A stretch of DNA of 64,000 bases, taken from IMG/VR virus record IMGVR_UViG_3300001533_002237, positions 30,309 through 94,308 of that record, one strand, 5' to 3'. Shown here in pieces: positions 1 through 11,247 of this stretch. Under the pieces are notes generated by a model. It was given only the letters and a program-made list of their open reading frames with translations. It was not told the DNA's origin and did not search any database. The position numbers were made by a program, and so were the translations under genes. Origin of the DNA: a virus. Positions within the stretch are counted from its first letter, which is position 1; each line of letters begins with the position of its first letter.

Positions 1-2
1 GT

Positions 3-344
3 GGGGTATGTAAAAAATATCTTGTTAATGAAATTTCATGTCATGGTATATCAGAAAAAAAATATATCGAACATTTAATTAATGAAAATAAAAATCTTCC
101 CGAAAATTGTTCTTATGTATTAACCCCCTTTGGAACGTATTATCCTGATTTTAAATATGACGATAAATATATTGAAATTAAATCGACATATACTTATGAT
201 GTATTATATGGTTTAAAAAAAAGTAGATGGACAAAAAAATATGACACAACTCAATTAAAAAAAATAAAATGGGTTAATGAAAATATAATGCCTATTGAAT
301 TAATTGTTGTTGATAAAAATAATTTTATTTCAAATAAAATATAA
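3..344 (+). CDS. C-terminal part of a PD-(D/E)XK homing-type endonuclease (5' truncated by window)
   Basis: Frame 3 is open from the window start to TAA 342-344 and reads ...TYYPDFKYDDKYIEIKS...; absent from the ORF track. Confidence 0.7.
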   Translation, partial: GVCKKYLVNEISCHGISEKKYIEHLINENKNLPENCSYVLTPFGTYYPDFKYDDKYIEIKSTYTYDVLYGLKKSRWTKKYDTTQLKKIKWVNENIMPIELIVVDKNNFISNKI

Positions 345-348
345 TAAA

Positions 349-1254
349 GTGAGCATTGGAACCTATGGTATAACAAGACCTTCGGATGTAAGCATTAATG
401 ATATTGATGTTTATTATAGCTATACGCCTAATAGAGAAACAATTAATGATAATATAATTAAATTAGATTCAAACGAGATTTTATCTGAAAATTATTTACC
501 TGAAGACGAACAGATTGTAGGTAATGAAAATCTTTTAGAAGGTCTTTATAACCTAAGACTTCCTGCTTCAGTTTTTGGACAATTAGGTATATATACAATT
601 TATCTTAAACCAAAAACAATTACATTAACTATTCAAAATTGTAGTGTGTTATCATCATTACCTAGTGTTAAAGGAATTGTTATTGATAGTAATGATTTAC
701 CTTCAGCATTAAGAGAGAATAATTCATTACAGGGTTATAGAATTGAATATATCGATACTATAACAAATAATAAAATAAGAAATCGTGCTCGTTATATAGT
801 AACATCAAACAAGGTTGTTCCTGTTAATGAAAATGTTGGAAATACAAATCAATTAGCAACAAGATATAGATTTGATGATAGTGGTTCTTTAATATTTTTA
901 CAAGTCACACCAAGTAGTTCTAGTGATGTTAAACCAAATTCATCACCACCAATTGGAACATCTGACCAAACAATAATTATATCAAATACATTTTTTTCAC
1001 CATTAGTTATTGAAGTTGAAATGGTTAAAAATACAATTGATACACTTACTAATTATGTTGCTGGTGAAATGGTTAAAGATGTTGATAATGGTATTTTAAC
1101 ATATTATGATGAAAACAGGATTATAACCAGACAATTTAATATTTATGAAATTAAAGACGATGTTGGTGATGTTCCATTATATGAAGTTAAAGAAAAAAGA
1201 ACTAATATTGATGAAAATCAAAATTTTGATTCGGTTATCAGTGATGTTCAATAA
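349..1254 (+). CDS. Phage hypothetical protein, probably virion structural
   Basis: ORF 304..1254; likelier start is GTG 349 (MSIGTYGITRP), just after the upstream stop; followed by a terminator. Confidence 0.6.
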   Translation: MSIGTYGITRPSDVSINDIDVYYSYTPNRETINDNIIKLDSNEILSENYLPEDEQIVGNENLLEGLYNLRLPASVFGQLGIYTIYLKPKTITLTIQNCSVLSSLPSVKGIVIDSNDLPSALRENNSLQGYRIEYIDTITNNKIRNRARYIVTSNKVVPVNENVGNTNQLATRYRFDDSGSLIFLQVTPSSSSDVKPNSSPPIGTSDQTIIISNTFFSPLVIEVEMVKNTIDTLTNYVAGEMVKDVDNGILTYYDENRIITRQFNIYEIKDDVGDVPLYEVKEKRTNIDENQNFDSVISDVQ

Positions 1255-1273
1255 TAATTTAATAATTACAATG

Positions 1274-1307
1274 AAAACCCAATTTAATAATTGGGTTTTT
1301 TCTTTTT
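1274..1307 (+). terminator. Intrinsic terminator
   Basis: AAAACCCAATT-loop-AATTGGGTTTT followed by a T tract. Confidence 0.8.
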
Positions 1308-1310
1308 ATC

Positions 1311-1319
1311 GTATTTATA
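1311..1319 (+). promoter_or_regulatory. Putative late promoter GTATTTATA (representative copy)
   Basis: (G/C)TATTTAT also at 5853, 7966, 14307, 18460, 19828, 21633, 23048, 27374, 28578 (+) and 32423, 40474 (-), mostly 10-30 nt before start codons. Confidence 0.65.
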
Positions 1320-1333
1320 GTAAATCGTAAATT

Positions 1334-4300
1334 GTGGCTAAAGTAAAAGTAGTAAAAACAGGTCTTAATTATAATCTAAATGGTCAGTCTTTTAATGACA
1401 CACCATCGAACACAATATTTTCTTTTGGGAAATTTTTTGTTACAACAAATTTTGATAATAAAGTTAATATTGATTATAGTAATACTTTAAGTTCATTTGT
1501 TCGTCCAGTTACATTAAATAGTATGGGTGTTTCAGAAAAACAATCTGAAATAATTCAAAAATATGATACTAATGTTGTTTTAAATCTTGATAAATCAGAT
1601 TTAAATACATTTGTTAGATATGGTTCAGCATATGAATTTATTAGAAAATCAATACAAAATATAATTTTAGCCTATCCCGGTTCATTATTCATTAATTCAC
1701 AATTAGAAGATGTTGATACATTTAACAATCTTACATATGATAATATATCAGATACATCAATATTCTATATTCCAACATCAAATATATCAAATACTTTTGG
1801 TTTAGTTTATAATTTAGGTAATACCAGTACACCTGATGATAATAAATTGAAAAATTTAAATGATTCATATAATGAATATGTAATTTGGTCTAGTCTTGAA
1901 TCAACAACATTTAAAATTATTGGTTTTACTGGAAATACTGATAAAAGTACTGCAAATTATAATATAGGATTACCTAAATCAAATTATTTAAGATTAGAAG
2001 TTGAAGGAAATCCATTTAAATTATTAACATCTGGTAGTAGTGGTATTGTTGATTATCATATTAGACCAAATAATGTTAATTTTGAAGAATTTCGTGCTGA
2101 ACTCAGTTCATATGAACAAAATATTGTTTCTAATAGAAATAATAAAGGTTTTCAATTCAAATTAAAAGACCCTACATTACTTGAAGACGGAAAAATTATT
2201 TATAGTGATTCTGATATTGTTTGGGCAACCAGTGATGGATATAATATTGATGTTAATACACCATCATATCAGAGATTTTTAGATGTTGTATTAACTATTG
2301 GTGCTAAATATGATAAAATAAAAACAGATTTAATTGCAAGATTTTTAACACCTTCTTCACTTAAAACATATGATATTACTGAAGAAGGTAAAATAAGTAA
2401 ATTATTAAGAATATATGGTGCTGAATTCGACCAATTAAGACAATTTATCGATTCATTAGTTAATATCAATAAAGTAACATATGATAAATTAAATAATGCT
2501 CCTGACCAAATTATAAAAAATATGGCAAATACTTTCGGTTGGGAATATTTTTCATTAGTGAATGAAAGTGAATTAATTGATGGATTTCTAACCATTGATG
2601 ATATTGAAAGAAATTTAAATGATAATATTTTACCAGCAGAAATCGATGTTGAGTTATGGAGAAGAATTTTAAATAATACAAGTTATTTTTGGAAATCTAA
2701 AGGTACTCGTCAAGCAATTAAATCAATGTTTTTATTAATCGGAATTCCAGAACCATTTATTAATATTACAGAATACGTATATACTGTTGATGGAAAAATC
2801 AACCCAAATACTGTAGAATTAAATCAAGACGATTTTCCTTCAAATTCTCTACCATATGATACTGAAGGATATCCTATTGCACCATTAGAAACTAATGATT
2901 TTTATTTTCAATTATCTGGTGACAGTGATAGCGGTCAAGCATATCTTGATGTATTTCGTATGGCTGGATTTAATCTTAGACAAACACCAGATAATAAAAA
3001 ATTATGGATACAGACAGGTACAACAACAAGGGTTCATTATAGTACACCACAATATTATCAAGAAGATAGTAGACTTGTAATTAATACTAAAGAAGTTGAT
3101 ATTGCATTAGACACTGCACGTGGAATTGAATATGATGTATATAAATATATTCAAAAAGATTTTGAAGTAAATAGTAGTGGTTATACTCTGCCTTATTCAT
3201 ATGTTAATATATCATCAATACCGAATGTTGGAAACACATTTACATTACCATATAACATTGATGAAATCCAAGGTGATTTTGAAGTAAGATATAATGGTAT
3301 ATTATTAAATGCTCCTTCAATATCAGGTACAAGTTCAAGTACAGATGCTGATTACAGTGTTTCAGGAAATCAATTTACGATTCCCGAACTTAGTGGTGGA
3401 ATACGTTCTACCGATGTGATTCAAGCAACATTAATAAGTACTGGTGATACTAATGGTGTTGCTGTTAGTGGAATTACTGTTGATTATATTGTAACTAGAG
3501 TTAATGCTAAATTAAATGGAACATATGTACCACTACCAAGTTTTCCACGTGGTGATGTTCAATTAATAATAAATGGAATTGCACTTACTAAAGGCACTTC
3601 TCAATTTACTGCTGATTATATTTTAGACCCAACAAATTCAACTGGTGGAACAAATCAAATAATAATTCAAAATCCCGATGTAATTGCATATCTAAATGAA
3701 AATCCAGAAATTCAAATTTCCTATGTTGAAGTACAAGGAAGTAATGATATTAATTTAAGAAGTGAAATTATTAGAGTTGATAGTTTTAGTACAGGTAAAA
3801 TATATTTTAATAATAGTGCAAATAAATATGTTTATAAACTTAATTATAAAGTAAATAATGCTAGTGAAATAAAAATGTTAATTAATGGAATTGCTTTAGA
3901 ACCTTTAAAAGATTATAATATTAATGTACAAAATAAATATGAAATATTCTTACCTAAAGGAATTAGATATGGTACTGTAATTAGTACGTATTATCTTGTT
4001 GGGGGTGCTGGTGCATTTAATCCAGTAATAAATGATGTTTTTGGTCTTGGTGATATAAGTAAATTATCATTTCTTGAATTCCTTGAATTAGTTCAGAGAA
4101 AAATGATTAATGTAAGAAATAGAAAAACTATTACAGATTTTAAAGGTGGATGGTATCCAACAGTTTTAAAACTTTATGAAACATATCTAAAAAGAGCATT
4201 ATTAGCTGATGATAATCCATTACAATCAAATGGTTATACATTTCAAAACCTATACCCGTTTTTAATTAAATATAATGCATTTTTTCAAAGATTCATAGAC

Positions 4301-5827
4301 CAATTATTGGCTGCAACAATTATCCTTAAAAAAAGTGGCTTATTAATTAGAAATAGTTTATTTACAAGACAAAAACATTGGTATAAAAGAGGCGTTAATG
4401 TCGCAAGTGGTACAACAAATTATGATATGAGAGGTAATGCATTGCTTCAATATTTTGGTGATGATGGAAGTACTTTTGAAATTCTTCAAGATACTTTACC
4501 ACCTCCACCACCTGAACCACCACAATTATATGTTGAAACAACAACAGGTATTTTAGGTAGTATCATTACTGGTGGTAAAAATATTATTGGTTATGATATA
4601 TTAACTTCATATGGTATTGAATATAAGAAAAAATCTAGTAGTCAATGGATTAAGATTAAAAATATTGGTTCTCTTAATAATAATAGTTTTTCAATAACAA
4701 TTCCTGATAGTGTGTTGGATTATGATACACAATATAATTATAGAGCATTTATTGTATTGAATGAATTTAGTTATTTTGGTAATATGAAAACTATTACAAC
4801 TGAACCAGCACCATTACCATCTCCATCAGTTAAAACAACGACAGGTACTGCTGGAATTAATTCTATTATTAATACTGGTGGTGAAAATATCATTAGATAT
4901 TCAGATATTCAATATTATGGAATGCAATATAAAAAATCAACTAATACTACTTGGATATTAAGTCCTAATCCTCCAACATCTGGAAGTTTAAGTGTTAATA
5001 ATTATAGAAAAACAATTAGTGGATTAGACCCTAGCACAACATATAATTATCGTGCTCGTATTGTTGTTGATGGTGTTGCATATACTGGTAGTATTAAACA
5101 AATAACAACAAAAAGTTTAATGACATCTGAACCAACAGTAATTACTAATTGTATTGGTATTATTAGAGTAACAAAAACAAGTATTGTTGTTCCAAATAAT
5201 AAACTAATGATAACAGGTGGTGAATCAACAAGTGAATATGGTACATTATATTCACAGTGGTCAAGTTTTTCAAAAGATGATTTAAGTTCATCTTGTGTTT
5301 TTAATGCAGGTAGTATTACTGGTGGTACGACATGGAATAATACAATTAGTGGATTATCACCAAATACCACATATTATTTTAAAGCATATGCAATAAATAG
5401 TGTTGGTGTTGGTGTTGGTTCAACTTGTAATGCTAAAACTAATGCATTAGATCATCCACCAATACCAGAAGACGAAAATTATATTCGACTTGATTTAGAA
5501 TGGGTTGATGGTACATATAATGATAGTAATGATGGTATGGGTGGTTATGTTAAATTGTATGAAGGAACAACAGAAACTTTTGTAAAGAATATACCTGAAC
5601 CAAGTTATCAACATACAATGTGTTTTAATAATCTTGATGAAAACTCTACATATGGAGTTTGTTTAGATAGTGTTGTAGCAATAATTAACAATGGTGCTGA
5701 TCAAGTTGCAGATATTTGTTGGTATTGTTGGGATGACGAATCAAATTATAGTACTAGTTTATCAATCCCAAATATTGATGGTGGTAGTATTAGTAAATTT
5801 TGTGTGGAAGTGAAACTTAGTGGTTAA
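1334..5827 (+). CDS. Large virion (tail/baseplate-like) protein with C-terminal fibronectin type III-like repeats
   Basis: 1497 aa; PPPPPEPP linker followed by three repeats with I-S-G-L-x-P-x-T-x-Y-x-(Y/F)-(R/K)-A-like FN3 motifs; preceded by the late motif. Confidence 0.65.
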   Translation: MAKVKVVKTGLNYNLNGQSFNDTPSNTIFSFGKFFVTTNFDNKVNIDYSNTLSSFVRPVTLNSMGVSEKQSEIIQKYDTNVVLNLDKSDLNTFVRYGSAYEFIRKSIQNIILAYPGSLFINSQLEDVDTFNNLTYDNISDTSIFYIPTSNISNTFGLVYNLGNTSTPDDNKLKNLNDSYNEYVIWSSLESTTFKIIGFTGNTDKSTANYNIGLPKSNYLRLEVEGNPFKLLTSGSSGIVDYHIRPNNVNFEEFRAELSSYEQNIVSNRNNKGFQFKLKDPTLLEDGKIIYSDSDIVWATSDGYNIDVNTPSYQRFLDVVLTIGAKYDKIKTDLIARFLTPSSLKTYDITEEGKISKLLRIYGAEFDQLRQFIDSLVNINKVTYDKLNNAPDQIIKNMANTFGWEYFSLVNESELIDGFLTIDDIERNLNDNILPAEIDVELWRRILNNTSYFWKSKGTRQAIKSMFLLIGIPEPFINITEYVYTVDGKINPNTVELNQDDFPSNSLPYDTEGYPIAPLETNDFYFQLSGDSDSGQAYLDVFRMAGFNLRQTPDNKKLWIQTGTTTRVHYSTPQYYQEDSRLVINTKEVDIALDTARGIEYDVYKYIQKDFEVNSSGYTLPYSYVNISSIPNVGNTFTLPYNIDEIQGDFEVRYNGILLNAPSISGTSSSTDADYSVSGNQFTIPELSGGIRSTDVIQATLISTGDTNGVAVSGITVDYIVTRVNAKLNGTYVPLPSFPRGDVQLIINGIALTKGTSQFTADYILDPTNSTGGTNQIIIQNPDVIAYLNENPEIQISYVEVQGSNDINLRSEIIRVDSFSTGKIYFNNSANKYVYKLNYKVNNASEIKMLINGIALEPLKDYNINVQNKYEIFLPKGIRYGTVISTYYLVGGAGAFNPVINDVFGLGDISKLSFLEFLELVQRKMINVRNRKTITDFKGGWYPTVLKLYETYLKRALLADDNPLQSNGYTFQNLYPFLIKYNAFFQRFIDQLLAATIILKKSGLLIRNSLFTRQKHWYKRGVNVASGTTNYDMRGNALLQYFGDDGSTFEILQDTLPPPPPEPPQLYVETTTGILGSIITGGKNIIGYDILTSYGIEYKKKSSSQWIKIKNIGSLNNNSFSITIPDSVLDYDTQYNYRAFIVLNEFSYFGNMKTITTEPAPLPSPSVKTTTGTAGINSIINTGGENIIRYSDIQYYGMQYKKSTNTTWILSPNPPTSGSLSVNNYRKTISGLDPSTTYNYRARIVVDGVAYTGSIKQITTKSLMTSEPTVITNCIGIIRVTKTSIVVPNNKLMITGGESTSEYGTLYSQWSSFSKDDLSSSCVFNAGSITGGTTWNNTISGLSPNTTYYFKAYAINSVGVGVGSTCNAKTNALDHPPIPEDENYIRLDLEWVDGTYNDSNDGMGGYVKLYEGTTETFVKNIPEPSYQHTMCFNNLDENSTYGVCLDSVVAIINNGADQVADICWYCWDDESNYSTSLSIPNIDGGSISKFCVEVKLSG

Positions 5828-5876
5828 CAATAATATTAAAATAAAATTAATTGTATTTATATAAAAAGAAAATTAA

Positions 5877-7145
5877 ATGGCATTTATTGAGAAAAAAAAT
5901 CCGATTGTAATGAATATTAAATTAACTTCTAAAGGTAGAGAATTATTATCTGGGGGTAATTTAGATTTCAAATATTTTGCTATTGGTGATAGTGAAGTTG
6001 ATTATGAATTTAATGCTAAAGTTAATGCTATTGATGAAGAATATAGTGCATTTGATTCAAGTATATTAAGAGCAGCAGATAAAAATCCTAGTTTAATATC
6101 GTTTATACCTAGAAATATAAGTGGTGACTCATATAATGAATTAACATCAGTACCAGTAGCAAAATATGTTGTTGAAAATCAAGTAGAGTCCTTGGGATTT
6201 TTTAGTGATAACAATACTAAATTTATTGTTGATAGTAATCATGTAAAACAACCAGATTGTATAATTGATATTAAAATTCCTGATGGTGGTAATGTTATTT
6301 ATCTAAAAAAGGGAAGTTTGTATGGTAGAAGTAGAGAAGAACCTGCTGTTGGTGACATATTATTTGTAAAGTGGTCGTATAATAAAAATACAACAGAATT
6401 TACAGTTAATAAAAATGAACCAAGACCACATTTATTTTATAAAATAACTAAAATAATATCTGGTATATTAGCAAATAATAATGTTGCTGTTGAAGTTGAT
6501 AGAGACATACCTGATTTTGATGGATATTCATCAGGTAAATATGCTGGTGCAATGATATTATATAATGAACTCACATTTAGTGGTGATACAATATTAAATA
6601 TGTCATCTACTGATTATCTTGATGAAAGTGTTATTAATTTTCTTGAAAATAGTCAGTGTCCAACAATTGTTTTTCCATATTGGAATATGTCAATTATTTA
6701 TACTGAAGAAATTGCTGGTGTACAGGCAGGAAATTTAAAATATACACAATTTAAAAATAGAAAATTTGGTGGATTTATATCTTATATCCAAAATCAAGCA
6801 CCTATACTAAAAAAATTAGGTATTATACACTATACAAATAATAGTTCTGCTAATGTTTATGGTGAAGGATTTTTACATAATACACCAACGCTTGATATTC
6901 CAACAATAATGTGGCATAAATCAAGTACAAAAACATTAGGTACAACATTATCTGCAAATGGTGGTCAGCAATTATTAACTGGTCTTAATATTTATTATTA
7001 TGATTTAGCTGATGATAATGGTTTTGTTGTTGGAAAAATATTTCCAGATTTAAAAATATTTGTGATTGAAGACCAAGAATTATTATTTGCAATGTCATAT
7101 AAATCAAATAGGTCTTGGACTATTCCAAATTATAATATAGTATAA
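5877..7145 (+). CDS. Virion structural protein (tail/baseplate-like)
   Basis: N-terminal LTSKGRELL...FKYFAIGDSEVDY motif typical of large-phage structural proteins; late motif upstream. Confidence 0.55.
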   Translation: MAFIEKKNPIVMNIKLTSKGRELLSGGNLDFKYFAIGDSEVDYEFNAKVNAIDEEYSAFDSSILRAADKNPSLISFIPRNISGDSYNELTSVPVAKYVVENQVESLGFFSDNNTKFIVDSNHVKQPDCIIDIKIPDGGNVIYLKKGSLYGRSREEPAVGDILFVKWSYNKNTTEFTVNKNEPRPHLFYKITKIISGILANNNVAVEVDRDIPDFDGYSSGKYAGAMILYNELTFSGDTILNMSSTDYLDESVINFLENSQCPTIVFPYWNMSIIYTEEIAGVQAGNLKYTQFKNRKFGGFISYIQNQAPILKKLGIIHYTNNSSANVYGEGFLHNTPTLDIPTIMWHKSSTKTLGTTLSANGGQQLLTGLNIYYYDLADDNGFVVGKIFPDLKIFVIEDQELLFAMSYKSNRSWTIPNYNIV

Positions 7146-7157
7146 AAAATTAAAATA

Positions 7158-7910
7158 ATGAGTGGAAATACAGCATTTATAACATACGTCTTAATACCTA
7201 ATGGTTTACAAACAACAGGTAATTATAGTCAAGCAATTCATTGTAATTATATAAAAAAAATTGATTTAGGTTCAGCAGACCCTTATGTTCAAGAAATTAG
7301 ATTTAATTTTCCGAATAAAAATGATTTTAAGTTTCTTGCTAAAGATACGATTGTAACAAATACTCTTGGAACAGGTTTTACTGCAAACAAAATACATGCA
7401 ATTGTACAAATTGTCGATAACGCACCATTTACAAGTTATGATGATGTAAAACCAGACCCAATAAAATGGAAACAATTTGATGTTACTAACCAAGTAAGTG
7501 GTTATACAACAGGTAATACATTCTTTTTAACACCTGATAATATCACAAGTACTGTATTTAAAGTATCATTATTATCATATACTAATTCATCAATATTTAT
7601 TCCATATAATCTTGATTATTTAGATTATAGTAATAATGAATTACCTTTTGGTGAAGAAACATATTTTTTTGGTAATGTTTCTTCAGGCATTAAAGCCGAT
7701 GTTTATACTACAGATATTAATATTAATTTACCATTAAATGAATTTAATTCCAGTACAAATAAAACTTGGGATGGGGATGAAACTGTCTATATTAGTGAAA
7801 TTGGAATTTATGATAGTAACAAAAACCTTGTTGCAATAGGTAAATTAAATGACCCTGTTGCTAAAGATGGAACTATTGCTAGAACAATAGTATTTGCATT
7901 AGACTTCTAA
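7158..7910 (+). CDS. Virion structural protein (tail-fibre/baseplate attachment-like)
   Basis: C-terminal VYISEIGIYDSNKNLVAIGKL motif. Confidence 0.55.
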   Translation: MSGNTAFITYVLIPNGLQTTGNYSQAIHCNYIKKIDLGSADPYVQEIRFNFPNKNDFKFLAKDTIVTNTLGTGFTANKIHAIVQIVDNAPFTSYDDVKPDPIKWKQFDVTNQVSGYTTGNTFFLTPDNITSTVFKVSLLSYTNSSIFIPYNLDYLDYSNNELPFGEETYFFGNVSSGIKADVYTTDININLPLNEFNSSTNKTWDGDETVYISEIGIYDSNKNLVAIGKLNDPVAKDGTIARTIVFALDF

Positions 7911-8004
7911 ATTTAATTTATTTTTAATAAAAACATAAAAATATATAATTTTTTATAAAATCTTAGTATTTATTATAAATTATGAAATAAAAATTTAAAT
8001 AAAT

Positions 8005-8208
8005 ATGAAAGAAATATTTACGCTCGATAAAATAAAACCAAAATCGGTTATTATTGATGGTAATTTACATAATAAATTTAAGATATTATGTAAAGGAAAA
8101 AGTTTGAAAATTGGTGGTGTTATTGAAGATTTAATTAATCTATATATTAACAATCCAAGAAGAATTCAAGAATTAATTGAAGAATTTAAAGAAAATAAAT
8201 ATAAATAA
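8005..8208 (+). CDS. Small ribbon-helix-helix-like DNA-binding protein
   Basis: KSVIIDGNLHNKFKILC...IGGVIEDLI beta-alpha-alpha pattern. Confidence 0.5.
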   Translation: MKEIFTLDKIKPKSVIIDGNLHNKFKILCKGKSLKIGGVIEDLINLYINNPRRIQELIEEFKENKYK

Positions 8209-8211
8209 ATT

Positions 8212-8838
8212 ATGGAAAATTATATTTGGTCGTTAGATATCAGCACAACAAATATTGGAATGGCATTATGGGATAGTAATGGTAAACTAATTGAACTTAA
8301 ACATCTTGAATTAAAAACAGATAAAAATACACCTGTTGAAAACAGAGACATTTATAAAGCTGAAGTTTTTAGAAAATATGTTTATGAGTATCAGAAAAGA
8401 GTGTTAGATGAATTAAATGGTGTTATTATTGAAACTATTGTTGAAGAACCTTTAGGTGGTAGTAATAATCAAAACACAGTATCATTATTATTTGGATTTA
8501 ATGGTATGTGTAGATATATATTATATACGATATTTAACACATATCCAATAAAAATTAGTGTTTATGAATCACGTAAAATATTTTGTGATGAATTAGTTAA
8601 GATTTCTAATACTAGAAACAGAAAAACAGGTGAAATTGAAAGAAAAGAAACATTATCATTTCCACCAGAATATCGGAAAGAAAAAAAATTGTATATCTGG
8701 AAAAAAGTTTGTAAATTAGAACCCCAAATTGAATGGTTTTATAAAAAAGATGGTAAACCTAAAGATATGTGCTATGACTTAAGTGACAGCTATTGTGTAG
8801 GTTATGCTGGTCTAAAAAGTATGGGTATAATAAAATAA
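8212..8838 (+). CDS. RuvC-like Holliday junction resolvase
   Basis: RNase H-fold acidic motifs WSLDISTTNIG, IVEEP, DLSDSY. Confidence 0.7.
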   Translation: MENYIWSLDISTTNIGMALWDSNGKLIELKHLELKTDKNTPVENRDIYKAEVFRKYVYEYQKRVLDELNGVIIETIVEEPLGGSNNQNTVSLLFGFNGMCRYILYTIFNTYPIKISVYESRKIFCDELVKISNTRNRKTGEIERKETLSFPPEYRKEKKLYIWKKVCKLEPQIEWFYKKDGKPKDMCYDLSDSYCVGYAGLKSMGIIK

Positions 8839-8839
8839 T

Positions 8840-9247
8840 ATGGGAAAAAGAATTTATAATTTAGAATACTTCAAAAATTGGGCAATTTCTAAAGGTGAAA
8901 GAATAGTTACATATATTTTAACTACAAATTGTATTCAATTTGAAAGACAGAAAAAATTTAATGATTGTCTTGGGAAAAAACAAAAACTATTATTTGATTT
9001 TTATTTGCCAGAACATAACATTTTAATTGAATATGATGGTGAACAACATTTTAAACCTAAATCATTTTATCGTTGTTCAATTGAAACAGCAAAAAAATCG
9101 TTTAATGAATTAAAAAGAAACGACATAATAAAAAATGAGTATTGTAAGAAAAATAATATTACTTTAATTAGAATTCCATATACAATAAAAAATATTAACA
9201 AGTATTTGTTGAATAAATTAAATGGTATAATGGAATTAGTTTATTAG
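8840..9247 (+). CDS. DUF559/Vsr-like endonuclease, short (probably lacking DNA-binding repeats)
   Basis: FDFYLP...ILIEYDGEQHF...DIIKNEYC...LIRIPY. Confidence 0.7.
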   Translation: MGKRIYNLEYFKNWAISKGERIVTYILTTNCIQFERQKKFNDCLGKKQKLLFDFYLPEHNILIEYDGEQHFKPKSFYRCSIETAKKSFNELKRNDIIKNEYCKKNNITLIRIPYTIKNINKYLLNKLNGIMELVY

Positions 9248-9248
9248 A

Positions 9249-9557
9249 ATGAAATACGTATATTTAATTCAATCATTAGAAAATAGTTACTATAAAATTG
9301 GTGTATCTAAACATCCAAAGAAGAGGATTAAAGAACTTCAAACAGGAAATTCATCAGAATTAAAATTAGTTGAATCATATGAATTTGAACATGCACACAT
9401 GATAGAGAAGACATTTCATAATAAACTTATTTATTTAAAAAAAGAAGGTGAATGGTTTAATTTATCATTAATTAATGAACTAAATTTTATTGATGAGTGT
9501 AAGAAAATTGAAAATAATATCATTTTATTGAAAGAAAATGGCAATGTATTTATGTAA
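9249..9557 (+). CDS. GIY-YIG (T5orf172-like) nuclease
   Basis: YVYLI...YKIGVS...RIKELQTGN...EGEWF. Confidence 0.8.
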   Translation: MKYVYLIQSLENSYYKIGVSKHPKKRIKELQTGNSSELKLVESYEFEHAHMIEKTFHNKLIYLKKEGEWFNLSLINELNFIDECKKIENNIILLKENGNVFM

Positions 9558-9630
9558 ACTCTTGTATATTTGATATATTTACCATATTTTTGATAAATAT
9601 ATTAAAATTATTTTATTTAAAGATAAAAAT

Positions 9631-11151
9631 ATGACAAAAAAACGAAGTAATAATATGCAAAAAAGAATTGATAAAGCCATTGAGATTATCAATTATGGTA
9701 TTGAAAATAAATTATCGGCAAGAGAAGCAAGTGTTAAGTGTGGATATTCCAATACATATGTTAAGAACATAAAAGCAATGGTTTATCAGAAATTTAATGA
9801 AGGTGAATTAGAAATTAATCTTTATAATAAATTTGTTAATGCATATACTAAATATTCTCAGAATAAAACGTTTACAAATCAATATCAAAAAACTGAAGAA
9901 AAAAAGGATAATTACTCACAACCAAATAAAGAAAAAAATATTAATTATTCTGAACCAAATAAACCCAAAGATTTACCAAAAGTTGGTGATCGTGAAAGTT
10001 TTAAAGAAAAAGGTAATGAAGCAGAATATGAGTGGGTTGGTGGTAACAGTTATCCAGATGACCATGTAAAAACATTAGACGAATTACTTGCAGCATGTAA
10101 GGTTAATTCTGATGTATGGAAAGTAAAGGATTTTTTAATTAATAAATGGGATGTTACGAGTTGGAAACGTCATTATCCTGAAACAATTCAAAACTGGCAA
10201 GTTAAAGCACGTCTTGAACGTGATATTAAATTAGTTAAAGAAAAAATTGCTGGTGAAGTATTTCAAGAAATGACAAAAAATTATATTCCACCAACATTAT
10301 ATATGGATTGGGAAAGAAATAATATTGGCGGTGATGAAAAAAATTTACTTGAAATTTCAATATTTGATTTACATATTGGTAAATTGGCGTGGGGTGGTGA
10401 AACTTTTGAAAATTATGACGTTAAAATCGCACGTAAAAGATTTTTAACTTCAATACAAAAACTTCTTAAAGGTGCTAATGGTTTTAATTTTGATAGAATA
10501 TTATTTCCTGTTGGAAATGATTTTTTCAATAGTGATACTATGGAAAATACAACAACTAAAGGAATTCCACAAGATGAAGACCTTAGATGGCAAAAAACAT
10601 TTGATGTCGGTGTACGATTACTAATTGATGCAATAAATTTATTAAAACAAACAGGTGTTCCTGTAGATGTGGTTGTTATACCGGGTAATCATGATTTTGA
10701 ACGTAGTTATTACATGGGTAAGTATTTAGAGGCTTGGTTTAATACTGATAGGTTGGTTTCAATTAATAACGGAGCATCACCAAGAAAATATTATCGTTAT
10801 GGGAATTTATTACTTGGACTTACACATGGAAGTGAAGAAAAAGAAGCATCATTACCATTAATAATGGCAACTGATATAGAATCTAAGCCAATGTGGAGTG
10901 AAACAAAATTCCATGAATGGCATTTAGGACATATTCATAGAAAAAGGACTGTGCAATATGATATAAATAAATCAAGACTTTTAAATGAAGACTTAGGTGT
11001 TACAATTAGGTACTTATCAAGTTTAACAGGTACTGAAGAATGGCATCACAAAAAAGGATTTATTGGTTCAACAAAAGCAGCAGATGGGTTTTTGTGGAAC
11101 TATGAATTTGGTTTAGTCGCCACATTAAATAGTAATATTATTTTGGATTAG
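9631..11151 (+). CDS. Calcineurin-like metallophosphoesterase with N-terminal HTH-like region
   Basis: DLHIG, GNDFF, PGNHD, THG and GHIH motifs. Confidence 0.8.
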   Translation: MTKKRSNNMQKRIDKAIEIINYGIENKLSAREASVKCGYSNTYVKNIKAMVYQKFNEGELEINLYNKFVNAYTKYSQNKTFTNQYQKTEEKKDNYSQPNKEKNINYSEPNKPKDLPKVGDRESFKEKGNEAEYEWVGGNSYPDDHVKTLDELLAACKVNSDVWKVKDFLINKWDVTSWKRHYPETIQNWQVKARLERDIKLVKEKIAGEVFQEMTKNYIPPTLYMDWERNNIGGDEKNLLEISIFDLHIGKLAWGGETFENYDVKIARKRFLTSIQKLLKGANGFNFDRILFPVGNDFFNSDTMENTTTKGIPQDEDLRWQKTFDVGVRLLIDAINLLKQTGVPVDVVVIPGNHDFERSYYMGKYLEAWFNTDRLVSINNGASPRKYYRYGNLLLGLTHGSEEKEASLPLIMATDIESKPMWSETKFHEWHLGHIHRKRTVQYDINKSRLLNEDLGVTIRYLSSLTGTEEWHHKKGFIGSTKAADGFLWNYEFGLVATLNSNIILD

Positions 11152-11247
11152 ATGTGATTTTTAATACAAATAAATTAATTTATGGTTAGACTGTGGATGA
11201 AATTATAAATAATAATAGAAAAATAAAAAATTTAATATTAGAATAAT

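Noticed and set aside
1334-5827. Diversity-generating retroelement target
   Set aside because: No template/variable repeat pair or reverse transcriptase seen in the window.
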